Part shown: in pieces, positions 17,577 to 26,238 of the stretch
Layout of the letters: every line of letters starts with the position of its first letter
Position numbering within the stretch: position 1 is the first letter of the stretch
DNA from: an uncultured Nitrospinaceae bacterium
GTDB taxonomy: Bacteria > UBA8248
NCBI GenBank assembly: GCA_964005815.1
Contig: CAXFSR010000034.1
Coordinates: 1-34,484 of the forward strand
DNA: 34,484 bases
Direction of reading: 5' to 3'
Program-made: the position numbers and the translations under genes
The notes under the pieces: model-generated
Told to the model about the DNA's origin: nothing
Database searches by the model: none
The model's input: only the letters and a program-made list of their open reading frames with translations

Positions 17577-18275
17577 ATGTCTAAAATTTTTGAAAGTTCG
17601 ACTGCAGCCGTAGCAGATATTCATGATGGTGCCTCCATTCTGATTGGAGGTTTTGGTATATGTGGTATGGCTCATAATTTATGTACTGCTCTAAGTGTAA
17701 GAGAAAAAGTAGGTAATTTTCACCTTATCAGTAATGCCGGCGGTATGGATAATTGGGGAGTAGGATTACTTTTTGAGAAAAAGCAAGTTAGTTCCATTAT
17801 CGCAAGTAGAGTTGGTCCAGCTTGCAAGGCATATGAAGATCAAGTAATGAGAGAAGAGATAAAAATTGAAATATGTCCTCAAGGTACTTTTTCTGAAAGA
17901 ATTCGTGCTGGAGGTTCTGGAATAGGCGGATTTTTTACGCCAACTGGAGCAGGAACAGTAGTTGCTGAGAATAAAGAGAGTAGGGTAATTGATGGAGTAG
18001 AACATATTTTTGAAAATCCTATCAAGGCGGATTTTTCTCTTATTAGAGCTTGGAAAGCAGATGAAAATGGAAATCTTTTATACAGACAAAGTGCAAGAAA
18101 TTTTAATCCCATTATGGCTACGGCTTCTAAAATTACAATTGTTGAAGTAGAAGAGATCCTTCCAGTTGGAAGTCTAAATCCTGATGAAGTACATACCCCT
18201 GGAATTTTTGTAGACAGAATTGTGAAAGGGGAAGATCTAACAAAACCCATTGAAATTTTAAAAATTAGAAAATAG
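17577..18275 (+). CDS. 3-oxoacid CoA-transferase subunit A (ScoA/PcaI/AtoD family)
   Basis: GGFGICG, PQGTFSERIRAGGSGIGGFFTPTGAGT, ARNFNP and VHTPGIFV. Confidence 0.93.
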   Translation: MSKIFESSTAAVADIHDGASILIGGFGICGMAHNLCTALSVREKVGNFHLISNAGGMDNWGVGLLFEKKQVSSIIASRVGPACKAYEDQVMREEIKIEICPQGTFSERIRAGGSGIGGFFTPTGAGTVVAENKESRVIDGVEHIFENPIKADFSLIRAWKADENGNLLYRQSARNFNPIMATASKITIVEVEEILPVGSLNPDEVHTPGIFVDRIVKGEDLTKPIEILKIRK

Positions 18276-18299
18276 TTTAAAAAAACAGGAGAAAGTGTG

Positions 18300-18962
18300 A
18301 TGTCGTTAACTAGAGAACAAATTGCAGAAAGAGCAGCTTCAGAGTTGCCCAATGGGTCATACGTCAACTTAGGACTTGGAATACCAACTCTTGTTTCTAA
18401 TTACCTTGAAGATTCTCAAAATATAACTATCCACTCAGAGAATGGAATTCTAAATTTAGGTCCTTCCCCCTTTTCTGGAGAGGAAGATCCTGATCTGATT
18501 AATGCGAGCAAAGAAACGGTTACTATTCAGAAAGGAGGTTCATTTTTTGATAGTTCTCTCTCGTTTTCTATGGTTAGAGGAGGACATATTGATGTGACTA
18601 TATTAGGGGCTATGGAAGTAGCAGAAAATGGAGATCTTGCAAATTGGGCAGTTCCTGGAAAAATGATTTCTGGAATGGGTGGCGCTATGGATTTAGTTGT
18701 AGGTGCTAAAAAAGTAATAGTTACTATGGAGCATGTAACAAAGCGTGGCTCCTCAAAAATTCTTAAAGATTGTACTTTGCCTCTAACGGGAAAAGGTGTG
18801 GTTGATTTGATTTTGACTGATTTAGCTCTAATAACAGTTGAAAAGGAAGGTCTTGTTTTAAGGGAAATTGCACCAGGTGTTGATAAATCTGAAGTAATTG
18901 AGAAAACAGATACGAAATTAATCATTTCCCCAGATCTTAAAGAAATGTTTTCAAATTCATAA
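18300..18962 (+). CDS. 3-oxoacid CoA-transferase subunit B (ScoB/PcaJ/AtoA family)
   Basis: YVNLGLGIPT, HSENG (catalytic Glu), GMGGAMDLV and CTLPLTG. The start is ATG 18300 or GTG 18297. Confidence 0.93.
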   Translation: MSLTREQIAERAASELPNGSYVNLGLGIPTLVSNYLEDSQNITIHSENGILNLGPSPFSGEEDPDLINASKETVTIQKGGSFFDSSLSFSMVRGGHIDVTILGAMEVAENGDLANWAVPGKMISGMGGAMDLVVGAKKVIVTMEHVTKRGSSKILKDCTLPLTGKGVVDLILTDLALITVEKEGLVLREIAPGVDKSEVIEKTDTKLIISPDLKEMFSNS

Positions 18963-18974
18963 AAAGTTTACAAT

Positions 18975-19895
18975 ATGTTTAAATTAGAGGAATTCTTATC
19001 TGCTGAAGATAGTTTGTTGAGGGAATTTGCTTTCACTCTTAATCTCGATCTCTTTGATGCGGAGGATATTGTACAAGAAGCAGTTTTGTTATCTATTGAA
19101 GAACCTAAAGCTATTTCCCCGAACTCAGATATTTTTCAATGGTTTATTTTTCAAATATCTAAACTCTCCCAAAAGAGAAATAATGAGAAACCTGCATTAG
19201 CACTATATGAATTCGATTTTCCTGATTTCGCACCATTTCTTCAGTCAGAATACAAAGAACAAATTTCTTCTTTGAGTAAGCAAAACATAAAAATTGAGAC
19301 GTCTTTTGAATTTTTGTTTTTTTTGCAATACATGAATTTCGAACAGCGTTTAGTTTTAGTTATGAAAAATTTTTTCAAGAATGAATATGTTTCTTTATCT
19401 TCAAAAATTTTGGGAATTAAAAAAGAAAAGATTTCGGAAATCATCGAAAGTAGTAAAAAGCAATATTCCCTTATTTTTAATAAGTGGAAAAATAATATTC
19501 CATTTCCAGTTTCTAATGAAGGAGAAGAGACAAACTCATTAATAGATAAGTTTAAAGAAGCTCTCAAAGAGAGAGACAAGAGTCTTCTTGAAAAGATTTT
19601 TTTTAATGATATAGAACTCGTAGTAAGTGGAGAAAAAAGAACAGGAAATAAATTCGTTTCTGTAGCCTGTTTAGACCTATTGAAGAAGTCTGGAAAAATT
19701 CTCTATTTTGATGAAATTCACTTAAACGGTTGTTCAGGTATTTTAGTATGGTCTAGATCTGATAATAGTTCTGAATGGAACCGTTCAGCAGTCATATTGT
19801 TACTTGCGAATGAGAAGTTTGTCTGTTCTTTGAAATGGTATTTTGACACCCATTTATTTCGAAATATAGTTTGTGGAAATCCACCTTCTTCCTAA
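18975..19895 (+). CDS. Divergent ECF sigma factor-like protein with a C-terminal SnoaL-like domain (SigJ/ECF41/ECF56 architecture)
   Basis: DAEDIVQEA (region 2), EQRLVLVMK (region 4), and a C-terminal F..A....D...L....NDI...LNGCSG pattern. Confidence 0.6.
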   Translation: MFKLEEFLSAEDSLLREFAFTLNLDLFDAEDIVQEAVLLSIEEPKAISPNSDIFQWFIFQISKLSQKRNNEKPALALYEFDFPDFAPFLQSEYKEQISSLSKQNIKIETSFEFLFFLQYMNFEQRLVLVMKNFFKNEYVSLSSKILGIKKEKISEIIESSKKQYSLIFNKWKNNIPFPVSNEGEETNSLIDKFKEALKERDKSLLEKIFFNDIELVVSGEKRTGNKFVSVACLDLLKKSGKILYFDEIHLNGCSGILVWSRSDNSSEWNRSAVILLLANEKFVCSLKWYFDTHLFRNIVCGNPPSS

Positions 19896-20158
19896 AATTG
19901 TTTTCTTTTTTTAATTCTTTCTTCGCATGGAACAGGAGATTCATTGCCTAGCCAAAGGTCCCAGGAAGAATGATGTCCAATATCAATGCCTTCTTCTTGA
20001 GCTTTTTCTTGAAGTGCTGACTGTAAATTTTCTAAAAACATAGAATCCATTAATTCTAAATTTTCTGTAATATGTTTATGAAGTACTCTGTAAACAAGTT
20101 TCATATCTTCCAAATTAGCAGACATTAAAATCTTGTTTTTTTCAATATTAAATGACAC
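19892..20158 (-). CDS. Small hypothetical protein (88 aa)
   Basis: GTG start preceded by AAGGAG. It fills the gap and its stop overlaps the convergent gene by 4 bp. Confidence 0.7.
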   Translation of the reverse strand: MSFNIEKNKILMSANLEDMKLVYRVLHKHITENLELMDSMFLENLQSALQEKAQEEGIDIGHHSSWDLWLGNESPVPCEERIKKRKQF

Positions 20159-20239
20159 AACTCGCTCCTTTAATATAAAGCTCTATTAGATTTTAAAATA
20201 ATTATTTTTTTTTTAGAAGTGAAATTCTAAAGTAATGTG

Positions 20240-20278
20240 AGCCGGAAACTCACTAAATTGCTAGATAAGTCTCCGGCT
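20240..20278. other. Imperfect hairpin immediately downstream of mreB
   Basis: AGCCGGAAACT-N17-AGTCTCCGGCT, with no clear U tract on the minus strand. Confidence 0.4.
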
Positions 20279-20288
20279 ATGGGGGGGA

Positions 20289-21356
20289 TTAATTTAAACA
20301 AACTTGATTCAGGCTTTTAAAATTATCTAAAACATAACCAGTTCCGCGCACGACTGCTGTTAAAGGGTCTTTGACTCTATAGATTGGAAGGTCAGTTTCT
20401 TGATGTAGCCTTGTTCCTAATCCCTTAAGCAAAGAACCCCCACCCGCAAGGACAACTCCTCTTCTTCTTATATCTGTAGCGAGTTCAGGGCTTGTCTTAG
20501 ATAGTGCTTTTTTGATGGAATCTACTATTGCTTTTAATGGAGCACTCAGAGCTTCTCGAATGTTTCCATCATTAATTAGAACGGTTTTTGGTATCCCCGT
20601 TGAAATATCAATTCCAGTTACATCGCACTCGAGTTTTTTTGCAAGAGGGACAGCCGAGCCAATAGATATTTTAACTTTTTCAGCTTCAAAAGGACCTATT
20701 CGAAGCCCATGTTCTCTTCTAATATATTTTTGAATACATTCATCCATAGTATCACCTGCGATTCTAAGAGATTCTGAATAGGCAATTGAATATTGAGTTA
20801 TTACAGCTACTTCTGTAGTTCCTCCCCCAATGTCAATTATCATTGAGCCGGATATATCATGAATTGGAAGTTTGCTTCCTATAGCCGCAGCCATCGGTTC
20901 TTCTATTAAATGTACTTTACCTGCGCCACATTGAATTGCAGAATCTATAACGGCCTTCATCTCCACGCTTGTAATACCGGCGGGGACACATATCATGATA
21001 GTTGGTTTTGTGAATTTTTTTTGAGGAATTACTGATTTAATAAAATGTTTGATCATTGCTTTTGTGACATCAAAATCTGCTATTACACCATCCTTCATTG
21101 GCCGTATTGTTTTAATTTTCTCTGTAGTCCTTCCAAACATTTCTTTTGCTCGTTGACCAACTGCTAGAATCGAATTCCCATTTTCTGCATTCAGAGCTAC
21201 AAAAGATGGTTCATCTATAACAATCCCTCTTTCTTTTGTATAAACTAGAGTATTTGCAGTTCCAAGGTCCATCGCTATCTTTTCACCTATTAATGAATTA
21301 AATGCTTGGGTGAATTTGTTAGTGTTTGAAATTTTTTCTTGCAATGTTTTAATCAA
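20289..21356 (-). CDS. mreB: Rod shape-determining actin-like ATPase MreB
   Basis: DLGTANT, EPSFVA, RPMKDGVIADF, EEPMAAAIG, DIGGGTTEVA and LAGGGSLL. The TTG start overlaps the upstream stop by 8 bp. Confidence 0.95.
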   Translation of the reverse strand: MIKTLQEKISNTNKFTQAFNSLIGEKIAMDLGTANTLVYTKERGIVIDEPSFVALNAENGNSILAVGQRAKEMFGRTTEKIKTIRPMKDGVIADFDVTKAMIKHFIKSVIPQKKFTKPTIMICVPAGITSVEMKAVIDSAIQCGAGKVHLIEEPMAAAIGSKLPIHDISGSMIIDIGGGTTEVAVITQYSIAYSESLRIAGDTMDECIQKYIRREHGLRIGPFEAEKVKISIGSAVPLAKKLECDVTGIDISTGIPKTVLINDGNIREALSAPLKAIVDSIKKALSKTSPELATDIRRRGVVLAGGGSLLKGLGTRLHQETDLPIYRVKDPLTAVVRGTGYVLDNFKSLNQVCLN

Positions 21357-22806
21357 GTTCTATCTCCGAATGTTCGTAAGATCTTATTGATGCGGAAATA
21401 AGAGAATTTGGGCTTTCTGCATCATTAGGAAAAGTGGCATCTCCCACTATTGCTTTAATTTCAAAATTGTTTCCTCCAATTTCGCAGTGAGAATTATTTA
21501 TTATTTTTGTAATTCTATCTACGATTGTTTCTGCATATTCTTGAGAGGAGTTTTCTAGCAGAAGCAAAAAGTAGTTGTCATCTTCTTTGATCAGCATATC
21601 CTCTGCTTGATTAAAATTGTTAAGTATAGAATAAAGATGTTCTGATATTTCTTCGCAATTATTTTTATTTTCTTCTAAGTGTTGTTCTGTACTTAATTTT
21701 GCTGAAATTGTTAAAAGTGAAACCTGTCTGCCAGCTTTTTTTCTCTCAGGTAAAATTTGCTGTAAATGTTTTATTAAATAAAATTTATCTTTTTCTTTAG
21801 CTTTTGTATCGAATTCTTTATTGGTTTTTACATCTTTTTCTAATCGAATTTTTTTTATCATGTCAGAAATAATTTCTCCGACAATTTCAGATCTTTTGAC
21901 AAGAAAAGATTGAAATTGATTCCTTCTTTTTCCGGTAAAACCTAAGACTCCAAAAGTTTTTTCACCATCACCGAGTGGCACAGCTATTACAGAACGCACA
22001 TCTAATGATGGTTCATCTGGGTCGAAAAGTGCTTGATTTCCTTTTGTACCTTTAATGTCGGTTAGTCTCAGAGGCTCATTATTTTTCATAACAAGTCCGC
22101 TAATACTTCGATATGGATGAATTTTAATTTTTCCTAAGAATAATTCATCAAATCCGAATGCATTTGATAAATAGGGTTGTCCCGCTTCCCCGTCAACCAA
22201 TACGAGGAAGCAGGAATCGGAGGGGATTATTTCCCTTGGTACTCTACATATGTTTTCAAGAAGTTGTTTTTCTGTTTTGCAAATTCTGAGAGTTTTTAAA
22301 TAATCCGAAAAAGAAAATAAATCTACCATCTTTTTTTCTTTTTCAGCTGTAGATAAAGCCTCTTCTACAATGTAAGCAAATTGTTGGGCAAACCCTGCGA
22401 TAATTTTTTGTGTTTTGTTCGTAAAAACCCAGGATTTCTTGCTATCAATGGCTAATGCACCCCTTGCCTTTTTACTTAATAAGGGAGTAGCCATAAATGA
22501 CTTAATATTTTCGTGACGGCTATAATATCCTAGAGTAATAGTATCTTTATCAAATTGGTTTACACTTAAAGGCTCATTATTCTCCAGTACCCACCCTAGA
22601 AAACCTTGTCCTGTCTGAATTGAAGCGTCAACTATAATATGGGGACTTAAGCTATGTACGGAAACCAACTGAAATTTATCTTTTCTTTTATTTTCTAGAA
22701 AAAGGCAGGCAGTATAAGCCTCTGTCGAATTACTAGCTAGGGAAAGTAGGGAAAAAAGGTCCCTTTTAAGATTTTTCATTCTTTTTTCTCTAGCGGCGGA
22801 AAGCAA
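21349..22806 (-). CDS. GAF-GAF protein with a degenerate C-terminal GGDEF-like domain
   Basis: GAF1 has GQGFLGWV...KSFMATPL...GALAIDS and GAF2 has ISGLVM...RSVIAVPL...FGVL. The C-terminus DMLIKEDDNYFLLLL...VGDATFPNDA...LI resembles GGDEF but lacks GGDEF. Alternative ATG start at 22779. Confidence 0.75.
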   Translation of the reverse strand: MLSAAREKRMKNLKRDLFSLLSLASNSTEAYTACLFLENKRKDKFQLVSVHSLSPHIIVDASIQTGQGFLGWVLENNEPLSVNQFDKDTITLGYYSRHENIKSFMATPLLSKKARGALAIDSKKSWVFTNKTQKIIAGFAQQFAYIVEEALSTAEKEKKMVDLFSFSDYLKTLRICKTEKQLLENICRVPREIIPSDSCFLVLVDGEAGQPYLSNAFGFDELFLGKIKIHPYRSISGLVMKNNEPLRLTDIKGTKGNQALFDPDEPSLDVRSVIAVPLGDGEKTFGVLGFTGKRRNQFQSFLVKRSEIVGEIISDMIKKIRLEKDVKTNKEFDTKAKEKDKFYLIKHLQQILPERKKAGRQVSLLTISAKLSTEQHLEENKNNCEEISEHLYSILNNFNQAEDMLIKEDDNYFLLLLENSSQEYAETIVDRITKIINNSHCEIGGNNFEIKAIVGDATFPNDAESPNSLISASIRSYEHSEIELD

Positions 22807-23043
22807 AAAACTATAAAATATTTCTTAGAACGTGTTTGATTATAAACAGAAATGAAGGTTAGTTCAAGTAAAATTTTAATCTGTGACTGTAAGTCATTGT
22901 AATTAATGATTTTATTTGCAATATTTGTTTGTTTTTTGATGTATTTTTGTTATGTTTTATAGGTAATTACATAAATATAATCATAAAAAACTGCAGAAAT
23001 TGCTTTTTATTTTTAATTTTTTTGTTTTTTTTAGTTAATCAGG

Positions 23044-23598
23044 TTAGGTTGTTTCTATTTTCCGAAAATCGTTAATTGCGGCTTTTGTTGTCTCAAAAGC
23101 AAGTTCATCCAATTTTATTTCTGAGCTTAAAACAAATTTAATATCTGTAGATTCATTATTAATAGTTGGTATACCATCAACTACAATTCCAACATATGCA
23201 ACTAGAACAGTCGGTTCTCGATCGAATGAATAAACACCTAGAAGACTTTTAATTTCAATCTTTAATCCAACTTCCTCAAAAACTTCTCTTTTTGCTGCTT
23301 GTTCTACGATTTCACCTCTATTTACAAAGCCACCAGGAAAAGTCCAATAGTCTTTACGAGGATTATATGCTCTTTTGAGTAAGATAATTTTTTTATCCAA
23401 AAGTGTTACAACACCTGTCGCAAGTTTTGGATCTAAGAAATGAACATAATTACAATTTGAGTTACTGCAGCAAAGTTGTTTACTTGAATCTCCCTCAACC
23501 CATGAACGATAAATAAGTTTCGAGCCGCATGTAAGACAGTATTTGATGTTATTTTTTAAATAAGGATGATCTTGAAATTCAAAAGATTCAGAATTCAT
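23044..23598 (-). CDS. Nudix hydrolase with an N-terminal zinc ribbon (ADP-ribose pyrophosphatase-like)
   Basis: CLTCG...C..C, DPKLA and the Nudix box GGFVNRGEIVEQAAKREVFEEVG. Confidence 0.9.
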   Translation of the reverse strand: MNSESFEFQDHPYLKNNIKYCLTCGSKLIYRSWVEGDSSKQLCCSNSNCNYVHFLDPKLATGVVTLLDKKIILLKRAYNPRKDYWTFPGGFVNRGEIVEQAAKREVFEEVGLKIEIKSLLGVYSFDREPTVLVAYVGIVVDGIPTINNESTDIKFVLSSEIKLDELAFETTKAAINDFRKIETT

Positions 23599-23611
23599 TA
23601 CTACAGTTTCC

Positions 23612-24253
23612 TTAATTTAGAAAGGGATTATTGTTTGTTTCAATCTCTATAGTTGTTGATGGACCATGGCCGGGATAGATAATTGTGTCAGGAGGTAAAG
23701 TGAACAATCGAGATCTTATACTTTCTAAAAGAGTAGGCAAGTTTCCTCCAGGAAGATCGGTTCTGCCTATGGAACCTGCAAACAAACTATCTCCAACAAT
23801 TGCATGATTTTTATTTGTCTGTTTATCGAGAGTATACAAAGTAATATTTCCGGGAGAATGACCGTCGGTAAGTAGAATTTTGAAATCAAGATTGCCAACT
23901 TTTATATTTTGATTTGGAATAAGGAAATTATCAACTTCAGGAACCTCGGGAATTGGCAATCCGTAACCATTTGCAATTTCTGGCATACTTTCTAGGTTTT
24001 TTAATTCTTTCTCGTGAAGCCAATATGGAACATTAATAGTTTTCTTTACTTTGTATACGCCTTCTGCATGATCAATATGAGCATGAGTTCCAATAATTTT
24101 TTCAATAGAAATTTGTTTTTTTTCTGCGATTTTTAAGACTTCGTTTATATCTGAACCAGGATCAATATAAATACCCTTCATTGTTTCTGTGCAAGTAACT
24201 AGATAACTATTTACTTGAAAAGGACCTACAGTAACACAATCGATGTTTAACAA
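23612..24253 (-). CDS. MBL-fold metallohydrolase (glyoxalase II-like, GloC/YcbL type)
   Basis: THAHIDH, GHSPG, GDSLFAGSIGRTDLPGG, PGHG and NPFL. Confidence 0.92.
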   Translation of the reverse strand: MLNIDCVTVGPFQVNSYLVTCTETMKGIYIDPGSDINEVLKIAEKKQISIEKIIGTHAHIDHAEGVYKVKKTINVPYWLHEKELKNLESMPEIANGYGLPIPEVPEVDNFLIPNQNIKVGNLDFKILLTDGHSPGNITLYTLDKQTNKNHAIVGDSLFAGSIGRTDLPGGNLPTLLESIRSRLFTLPPDTIIYPGHGPSTTIEIETNNNPFLN

Positions 24254-24289
24254 AAAAAATCCTTATTTTTAATTGTTCAATCTTAAAAA

Positions 24290-25225
24290 TTAACGACTAT
24301 TAGGGGGAAAAATAATAATTTCTATCCTTCTGTTTAAACTCTTTCCTTTCTTTGAATTGTTTGTTGCAATAGGATTAAATTCTCCTAAACCGGCCGCAGA
24401 TGAATTTCTTGGATCTACATCACCTATTTCCACTAAGTATCTTAAAACACTTGTTGCACGTGCGGTAGACAATTCCCAGTTTGTTTCCCATCTTTCAGCA
24501 AGCTGCCCTTTAATTTGGACGTTGTCCGTATGGCCTTGTACCTGAATTTCACGATTTGAATAACGTTTAATTACAGATGCTATTTTTCTTAAGAGAGGCT
24601 TACTATTTTTCTTTACTTTTGCTCTTCCGGAGCGAAAAAGAATCTTACTTGCTATTCTTATTACCACTCGCTGTTTTTTGCGGAGTATTTTAATAGAGTT
24701 TTTTTTGATTGCTCCACTAAATTGATTTTTTAAATCTTTAAAAACTTGATTTTGCAAACGAATTTTATCTTCGAAACGTATTAATCTTTTTCTGATTTTT
24801 GTAAGATTTTTTTCAAGAACTATTTTTGCTTTTTTTGAATTTTCTAATTTTAAATTTAATTGATCTATTTTATTTTTATTTTCATTTTTCAATCTTTTTT
24901 GTCTTGAAATTTGGGAACGTAAGTCAGACATTTTAACAGTGTCTTTTTGTTTTTTTCTCCAAGACATAGTTAATTGTTGTTCTAGTTCTTCGTTTATCTG
25001 GCTATTCTTTTTGATTTTTCTGTTTAATGAATCTCTTATAGCTTGTAAAGATCTTATTTTATTTTGTGATGTTTCTAAATCTCGTCTTAGGCTTATTGCT
25101 TCATTGGATTTTTTATCGAAATCTTCGATCGAAACACATCCAACTAATAAAAATGAAATTATCAGATAAAAAAATGCTTTAAATGAAAAATTATTTCTTG
25201 TGAAATCTAGTTGCATCTTGTACAT
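24290..25225 (-). CDS. Coiled-coil protein with a C-terminal OmpA/MotB peptidoglycan-binding domain, probable lipoprotein
   Basis: Hydrophobic stretch ending LVGC, a long basic coiled coil, LFRSG, GHTDN, NWELSTARA and NRRIEI. ATG 25225 is preferred over TTG 25240 because GGGAG lies 8 nt upstream. Confidence 0.85.
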   Translation of the reverse strand: MYKMQLDFTRNNFSFKAFFYLIISFLLVGCVSIEDFDKKSNEAISLRRDLETSQNKIRSLQAIRDSLNRKIKKNSQINEELEQQLTMSWRKKQKDTVKMSDLRSQISRQKRLKNENKNKIDQLNLKLENSKKAKIVLEKNLTKIRKRLIRFEDKIRLQNQVFKDLKNQFSGAIKKNSIKILRKKQRVVIRIASKILFRSGRAKVKKNSKPLLRKIASVIKRYSNREIQVQGHTDNVQIKGQLAERWETNWELSTARATSVLRYLVEIGDVDPRNSSAAGLGEFNPIATNNSKKGKSLNRRIEIIIFPPNSR

Positions 25226-26174
25226 CTTGTTTGCTCCCAATCAAAAAAGAGGTTCTTTGGTGAAGTTCTTCTGGAATTATCTCTAAAATTCTTTTTGATC
25301 CATTGGAAGATGCCCCTCCAGCTTGTTCTACTATATAAGACATTGGGTTGCATTCATATAGAAGTCTGAGTTTGCCATTTTGATTCTTTTTGTCTTTCGG
25401 GTACAAAAAAATTCCACCCTTTAGAAGATTTCTATGAAAATCTGCTACTAATGAACCAATGTATCTTCCTGAGTAAGGTGTCCCTTCATTTACATTGTCT
25501 GTTTTTAGAAAAGAAATATATTTCGAAGTGCCTTCTGTCCAATTGACGCTATTACCCTCATTTATACTAAAAATTTCCCCTTTTTCTGGTATAGAAATAT
25601 TTGGATGTGATAGAAAAAAATCATTTTCAGAAGGATCCAACGTAAATCCATGAACTCCTTTCCCCTCTGTATAGACGAGCATAGTAGAAGAACCATATAT
25701 AACATAACCAGATGCAATTTGATTAATGCCAGGTTGAAGAAAATCATTTTCGGAAATAGGCTTTTCAGTTGATTCTCTTTTTAAAATTGAAAAAATCGTA
25801 CCTATACTAACGTTTACATCAATGTTAGATGAGCCGTCGAGTGGATCATATAGAAGTAGATAATTTTTATCTTTTGCTATGGAATAAATATTGTCCATTT
25901 CTTCGCTAGCAATTCCCCCTACTAGTTGTTTTTTAACAAATTCATCTCTTAATAGGGTATCAGCAAATTCATCAAGCTTCTGTACTTCCTCTCCCTGAAC
26001 GTTTTTCTCACCCGTTGCACCTAATATATCGCTAAGTCCAGCTTTCAAAACTTTAGAATTGATTGACTTTGAAGATTGAGCGATGACTGAAATAATTTGC
26101 AAAATCTCATCCTCTACACCTGAAGAGACTAAATGTTCTTCCAATCGTAAAAGTTCTGTATTTGGATTTTGCAT
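25191..26174 (-). CDS. fbp: Fructose-1,6-bisphosphatase class 1
   Basis: NVQGEEVQKLD, SEE, DPLDGSSNID, RYIGSLVADFHR and KLRLLYE. Confidence 0.96.
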   Translation of the reverse strand: MQNPNTELLRLEEHLVSSGVEDEILQIISVIAQSSKSINSKVLKAGLSDILGATGEKNVQGEEVQKLDEFADTLLRDEFVKKQLVGGIASEEMDNIYSIAKDKNYLLLYDPLDGSSNIDVNVSIGTIFSILKRESTEKPISENDFLQPGINQIASGYVIYGSSTMLVYTEGKGVHGFTLDPSENDFFLSHPNISIPEKGEIFSINEGNSVNWTEGTSKYISFLKTDNVNEGTPYSGRYIGSLVADFHRNLLKGGIFLYPKDKKNQNGKLRLLYECNPMSYIVEQAGGASSNGSKRILEIIPEELHQRTSFLIGSKQDVQDATRFHKK

Positions 26175-26238
26175 TTTTTTCCGTGAGAGAAAACTGTTAA
26201 ATTCTAGCTGAAAAAAGAAAAGAAGTAATTTTCTTTTT

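Noticed and set aside
17879..18925. 162-aa and 132-aa minus-strand ORFs
   Set aside because: They are antisense to the conserved CoA-transferase subunits and have typical shadow-frame composition.
22807..23043. Riboswitch or ncRNA in the long AT-rich gap
   Set aside because: I see no stable GC-containing stems or recognisable aptamer motifs. An Rfam/Infernal scan would be needed to exclude one.
24290..25240. Flagellar stator motB
   Set aside because: There is no motA, and the N-terminus has a lipobox rather than the conserved MotB transmembrane Asp motif.
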